From Candidatus Wukongarchaeum yapensis (GTDB taxonomy: Archaea; Asgardarchaeota; Wukongarchaeia; Wukongarchaeales; Wukongarchaeaceae): a stretch of DNA of 10,350 bases. Of this stretch, positions 7,208 through 10,350 are shown piece by piece (positions within the stretch are counted from its first letter, which is position 1; each line of letters opens with the position of its first letter). A program made the translations under genes and the position numbers. Below the pieces are notes generated by a model. The model was given only the letters and a program-made list of their open reading frames with translations, was not told where the DNA came from and searched no databases. The stretch lies in assembly GCA_016840425.1 (NCBI GenBank), contig JAEOSI010000061.1, positions 1 through 10,350 of the forward strand. Direction: 5' to 3'.

Positions 7208-7913
7208 GTATACGCAGAAGAATCCATAGAACGATTAAATCGTGAAAACCTTGAAATAAACGCTTAAAACCGTATTTCGATTGCCCACGTTCTCTTGCAT
7301 AGTGTTTTATAACCACTTCGCCTATCTTATAACCCTTTTGAGCGATCAATGCTATGAGGAACCTGTGCTGGTTTCTGCTAAGATAGATATTTTTAATTGC
7401 CTCTTTTTTGAACGCTTTAAGCCCGCAATTCCAGTCATGAAGTTTTATTCCAAAAAACATGCTGGTTAACAAGTTAAAAATTTTTGAAGGTATGATTTTT
7501 GTTGGCGGATCAATTCTTTTTTTTCGCCAACCGTTCACTGCGTCAACGTATCCTGCTTTTAGCGGTTTTAAGAGCATTGGAATATCCATTGGTTCATACT
7601 GCATATCTGCATCGATGAAGGCCGCATACTTTCCTTTAGCCACTTTAAAACCCGTGTTTAAAGCAGCAGACTTTCCTAGATTTTTTGGGTGGTACTTCAC
7701 TTTTAATTTATCATTTTCCTTCACAAGTTGATCAGCAATACCTCCAGATCCGTCACTTGATCCATCATCGACCATTATAACCTCGTAATTGGATGAAACT
7801 TTCTGCAAAGCTTTTTCAACCCTCTTAATAACATATTTGAGGGTGCCTGCTTCATTGAAAAAAGGGACTATTACACTAACATCTACTTTTTGTGAATTCA
7901 AAAAAATAACCAC
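7203..7913 (-). CDS. GT2 polyprenol/dolichol-phosphate sugar synthase, ArnC/AglJ-like subfamily, no C-terminal TM helices
   Basis: SVIVPFFNE, EVIMVDDGSSDGS, NLGKSAAL, IDADMQYEPMDIP, GWRKKRIDP, SKIFN, LHDWNCGLKA, HRF, RERGQSKYG. GTG start at 7913; TTG at 7901 with GGGTGGT upstream is an alternative. Confidence 0.88.
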   Translation of the reverse strand: MVIFLNSQKVDVSVIVPFFNEAGTLKYVIKRVEKALQKVSSNYEVIMVDDGSSDGSGGIADQLVKENDKLKVKYHPKNLGKSAALNTGFKVAKGKYAAFIDADMQYEPMDIPMLLKPLKAGYVDAVNGWRKKRIDPPTKIIPSKIFNLLTSMFFGIKLHDWNCGLKAFKKEAIKNIYLSRNQHRFLIALIAQKGYKIGEVVIKHYARERGQSKYGFKRLFQGFHDLIVLWILLRIR

Positions 7914-7922
7914 CCAAGTCGA

Positions 7923-9095
7923 TCAAGTCATGTTTTTCTTAATTGTTGAAGTTTTCCATGTAAATATGACTAGATGAAGAATGATTACTGTAACTATTAT
8001 CCATGCCACTATTCCGCTCGTTAAGTAAAGAATTTCTCCACTGTGACTACTTGATTTAGCGATATCGATAAAAGTTAATGCTGGAGGAAAAATTACGTAT
8101 AATTCTACTAGAAGGTTCTTGTCATTCAAAGCGAATGGTGCCGCATAAACTAAAGCGAACAGATAATAAGAACTATGAACTTTTGTGAAAGCTAATAAAA
8201 AGATCGAAATAATTAATAACGCTGCTGACCACGGTCCTATCTTCCTTGTAATAACAAGATAGCATATACCAAGATAAGATATTATGAATAATGCGGTGAA
8301 AGGTGCTAATGGTATATCATAACCATGAGCAACTAGCAAATATAAAATTCCAACACCTTCAATGGATGTGAGCCTACCAGTCATTACTGTTGCATCTGAA
8401 CCCGCCAAAATAAAAAACGGTAAAACTCCTGCTAAAACAACGGATGCGGTTATTCCCAGCCTTCCAACTCTTTCTTTATTTGTACCTTTTGCGAATATTA
8501 GAAGTGGTAATAAAAGGCCTATAGTTGGCCTGATAAGCCCTCCTAAACCAAGTATTAATGCTGCTTTCTTATACTCTTTTTGTAACATCAAATATGTGAA
8601 TAAAAGAAAGAACACAACAAGGATAGACTCATCTTGACCCCTTAAAGTTGAACTTGCAATAACAAAAGGGTTAAAAGCATAGAAAATAGCGCAACGTTTT
8701 GCGAAAAGTTCTCCTTTAAAAACTCCAATACCCCTAAGAAAGACCCTGTATAATAAAATTGCTGCTATTATATCAAAAAATGAAAAATAGAGTTCAAATG
8801 CCGCAATGTGTCCATCTGCAAAAATCGCAGGAGGCAACAAAATATAACTCGCAAGGGGCGGCGTTCTAACAGGATGAGAAGTATCCCGATATATAACACC
8901 GCCACTAAGTATTACATCCGACCTATCTATCCACAAATCATAATCTGGACAATGATATTCACTGGGCACATCACTATTGTATAACCCATCATATATAATG
9001 AATGGTAAGCGCACTAATAAAGCGAAAAAAGCGATACGAAACTCAAATTGAGACCAAAACTTGGATTCACCAGATACTCCAGTTTTATGATCCAT
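7923..9095 (-). CDS. GT-C fold membrane glycosyltransferase, GT87/PIG-M-like
   Basis: LVRLP, PDYD (DxD in the first loop, as in PIG-M), GGVIYRD...TPPL, FFDI, YAFNPF, RGQDE, GLGGLIRP, TKVHSSYY. GGAGCGA SD-like motif upstream of ATG 9095. Confidence 0.78.
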   Translation of the reverse strand: MDHKTGVSGESKFWSQFEFRIAFFALLVRLPFIIYDGLYNSDVPSEYHCPDYDLWIDRSDVILSGGVIYRDTSHPVRTPPLASYILLPPAIFADGHIAAFELYFSFFDIIAAILLYRVFLRGIGVFKGELFAKRCAIFYAFNPFVIASSTLRGQDESILVVFFLLFTYLMLQKEYKKAALILGLGGLIRPTIGLLLPLLIFAKGTNKERVGRLGITASVVLAGVLPFFILAGSDATVMTGRLTSIEGVGILYLLVAHGYDIPLAPFTALFIISYLGICYLVITRKIGPWSAALLIISIFLLAFTKVHSSYYLFALVYAAPFALNDKNLLVELYVIFPPALTFIDIAKSSSHSGEILYLTSGIVAWIIVTVIILHLVIFTWKTSTIKKNMT

Positions 9096-9295
9096 CTAGA
9101 TCGCTCCGAATATATAACAAAAATTCTTTTGCGATCTCATATTTAAAAGAGTATGATCACCATGAGAAAACTTTAATTTTAAAAAGATCTTATCGGAAAA
9201 AATAATTGAAAGCTTCATATTCTACTAATTACTAAGCTAAATCGGTGTTTAAAGATTAAATCGAAAAAAGAAAGTCTACTAGACAGGCGAGGCTA
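9096..9295. promoter_or_regulatory. Divergent intergenic control region (two promoters expected)
   Basis: 200-bp AT-rich gap between divergent starts. TATA-like TTTAAAG at 9248-9254 (+) and TTTTAAA at 9148-9142 and 9184-9178 (-). Confidence 0.45.
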
Positions 9296-10350
9296 ATGAA
9301 AAGAGAACACGTTATTCTTGCACTAATACTTATTTCAGCTTTTGCACTAAGACTTTATGGCGTACTTGTTGACGTTCAACGTTTTTTCCGTGAACCCACT
9401 TATGGCATGGCAGCATGGAGAATAGTTGAAGGAGATATCCCTTACCGTGATTTCTATCACGCACAACCTCCCCTCTCCCCCTATTTACTCGCTTTTGTTT
9501 TCTTTCTATTTGGAGTAGGAGTTGTCCAAGCGAGGTTATTCATGGTTTTTTTCACAACTTTTACATGTTTCATGATCTATTTAAACGGGAAAAGAATCGA
9601 TATCAAAACCGGATTACTTGGAAGCTTAATCTATGCAATTGCTCCTTTATCTATTTTATATGGTATGATGGCAGTAAACGACTTCATAGCCATAACTTTC
9701 GTTATAATAGGATATTACTTCCTAACACCAATCATTACGGAAAAAAAGAACGAAACAAGCAATAACACTACTAAAAGGAACTACTTATTTTTAGCTGGAT
9801 TTTTTGCAAGCTTAGGAGTAATGGTAAAAACAATAGTAGCACCAGTATTCATAGCTTTTATCGTCATTATAATCATTGAAGGAAAACTTGCCAAAGCTGA
9901 AATGAAAGAACAACTAGAAAACACGTTATACCTCTTTATTGGGTTCGTTATTCCTATTTTACTTGTATTTTCACTTTTTTACTTAATAGCCGGAGAAGAA
10001 TTTACAGATCAAGTATTAGAACAGCACTTCGAAAAAGGCTCAGTTCCATGGGAGGAACGATGGAGCAAACCCGTTAACTACTTGATCCGAGATAATTTCT
10101 ACTTCTTCGTTTTCTTTTTATTTAGCGCTCCATTCGCAGCACGAAACCCATACGGAAGAGGATTGATAATCGCAATTCTTTTTATGATTTTCTCCATACT
10201 TCTTTTTGTTCCAAGACAATACGGCAATTACTACGAATCAACTATCCCCCTAATGGCTATGGTCTGCGGTTTCTTTCCCGTACCAGATATAAAAAAGATA
10301 AAATTCAAACGAAAAAATTTTTTCAACCAAGAAACAGCAAAAATAGTCCT
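9296..10350 (+). CDS. GT-C fold membrane glycosyltransferase, ArnT/PMT_2 (GT83/GT39)-like, 3'-truncated by window edge
   Basis: Not in ORF track. Hand translation from ATG 9296 is open to the window end (351 codons): MKREHVILALILISAFALRLYGVLVDVQRFFREPTYGMAAWRIVEGDIPYRDFYHAQPPLSPYLLAFVFFLFGVGVVQARLFM...IYAIAPLSILYGMMAVND...LAGFFASLGVMVK...YGNYYESTIPL. The G-x-x-PY-x-DF-x-x-x-x-PPL...LFG...AR pattern is typical of this family. Confidence 0.82.
   Translation, partial: MKREHVILALILISAFALRLYGVLVDVQRFFREPTYGMAAWRIVEGDIPYRDFYHAQPPLSPYLLAFVFFLFGVGVVQARLFMVFFTTFTCFMIYLNGKRIDIKTGLLGSLIYAIAPLSILYGMMAVNDFIAITFVIIGYYFLTPIITEKKNETSNNTTKRNYLFLAGFFASLGVMVKTIVAPVFIAFIVIIIIEGKLAKAEMKEQLENTLYLFIGFVIPILLVFSLFYLIAGEEFTDQVLEQHFEKGSVPWEERWSKPVNYLIRDNFYFFVFFLFSAPFAARNPYGRGLIIAILFMIFSILLFVPRQYGNYYESTIPLMAMVCGFFPVPDIKKIKFKRKNFFNQETAKIV

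Noticed and set aside
7517-7524. Homopolymer run (A8 on the coding strand of the GT2) as a phase-variation tract
   Set aside because: It encodes the conserved RKKR motif. No run of 9 or more was seen, runs this long are expected in AT-rich DNA, and all frames are intact.
7281-7977. Three short + strand ORFs (7281-7469, 7459-7731, 7789-7977)
   Set aside because: All antisense to the ArnC/AglJ-like GT2, with no family motifs.
8362-9205. Short + strand ORFs 8362-8637 and 9002-9205
   Set aside because: Antisense to the 7923-9095 GT-C and its promoter, with no recognisable features.
6141-9292. Several SD-like motifs carry C where T is expected (GAGGCGG, GGAGCGA, AGGCGA), hinting at a variant anti-SD
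   Set aside because: Other genes in the window use canonical AGGTGA and GGTGAT. Weak SDs are a simpler explanation.
9565-9765. 66-aa + strand ORF
   Set aside because: Out-of-frame fragment inside the longer ArnT-like CDS starting at 9296.
9749-9772. Three overlapping N-x-S/T sequons (NETSNNTT) in a loop insertion of the ArnT-like protein
   Set aside because: The loop is Lys/Arg-rich and matches a short, probably cytoplasmic loop in the paralogs, so it is unlikely to be accessible to AglB.
1-10350. tRNA/rRNA genes, CRISPR arrays, transposases, integrases or terminal repeats
   Set aside because: None seen. Coding density is very high and the three intergenic gaps are short and promoter-like.

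Overview
AT-rich, apparently archaeal window (GGTGA/AGGTGA Shine-Dalgarno motifs, YTTAWA-type TATA boxes, oligo-T terminator). It is almost entirely a lipid-linked glycosylation cluster of 10 genes. Two soluble GT2 polyprenol(dolichol)-phosphate sugar synthases are present, one DPM1-like and one ArnC/AglJ-like. There is also a UPF0104/AglD2-type flippase-like membrane protein (partial, left edge) and a LegB-like NDP-sugar 4,6-dehydratase. Six polytopic GT-C-fold glycosyltransferases complete the set: four GT87/PIG-M-like paralogs, one PIG-V-like protein with eroded catalytic motifs, and one ArnT/PMT_2-like protein (partial, right edge). The two edge genes are missing from the supplied ORF track and were translated by hand. 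Layout: <-flippase <-GT2 | GT-C-> GT-C-> | <-SDR | <-GT-C <-GT-C <-GT2 <-GT-C | GT-C->. The main point of interest is a dense set of enzymes predicted to use lipid-linked donors on the outer membrane face, resembling the ER-lumenal GPI/N-glycan steps and actinobacterial lipoglycan assembly. Family calls come from motif recognition only; no database search was run. No RNA genes, mobile elements or CRISPR arrays were seen.
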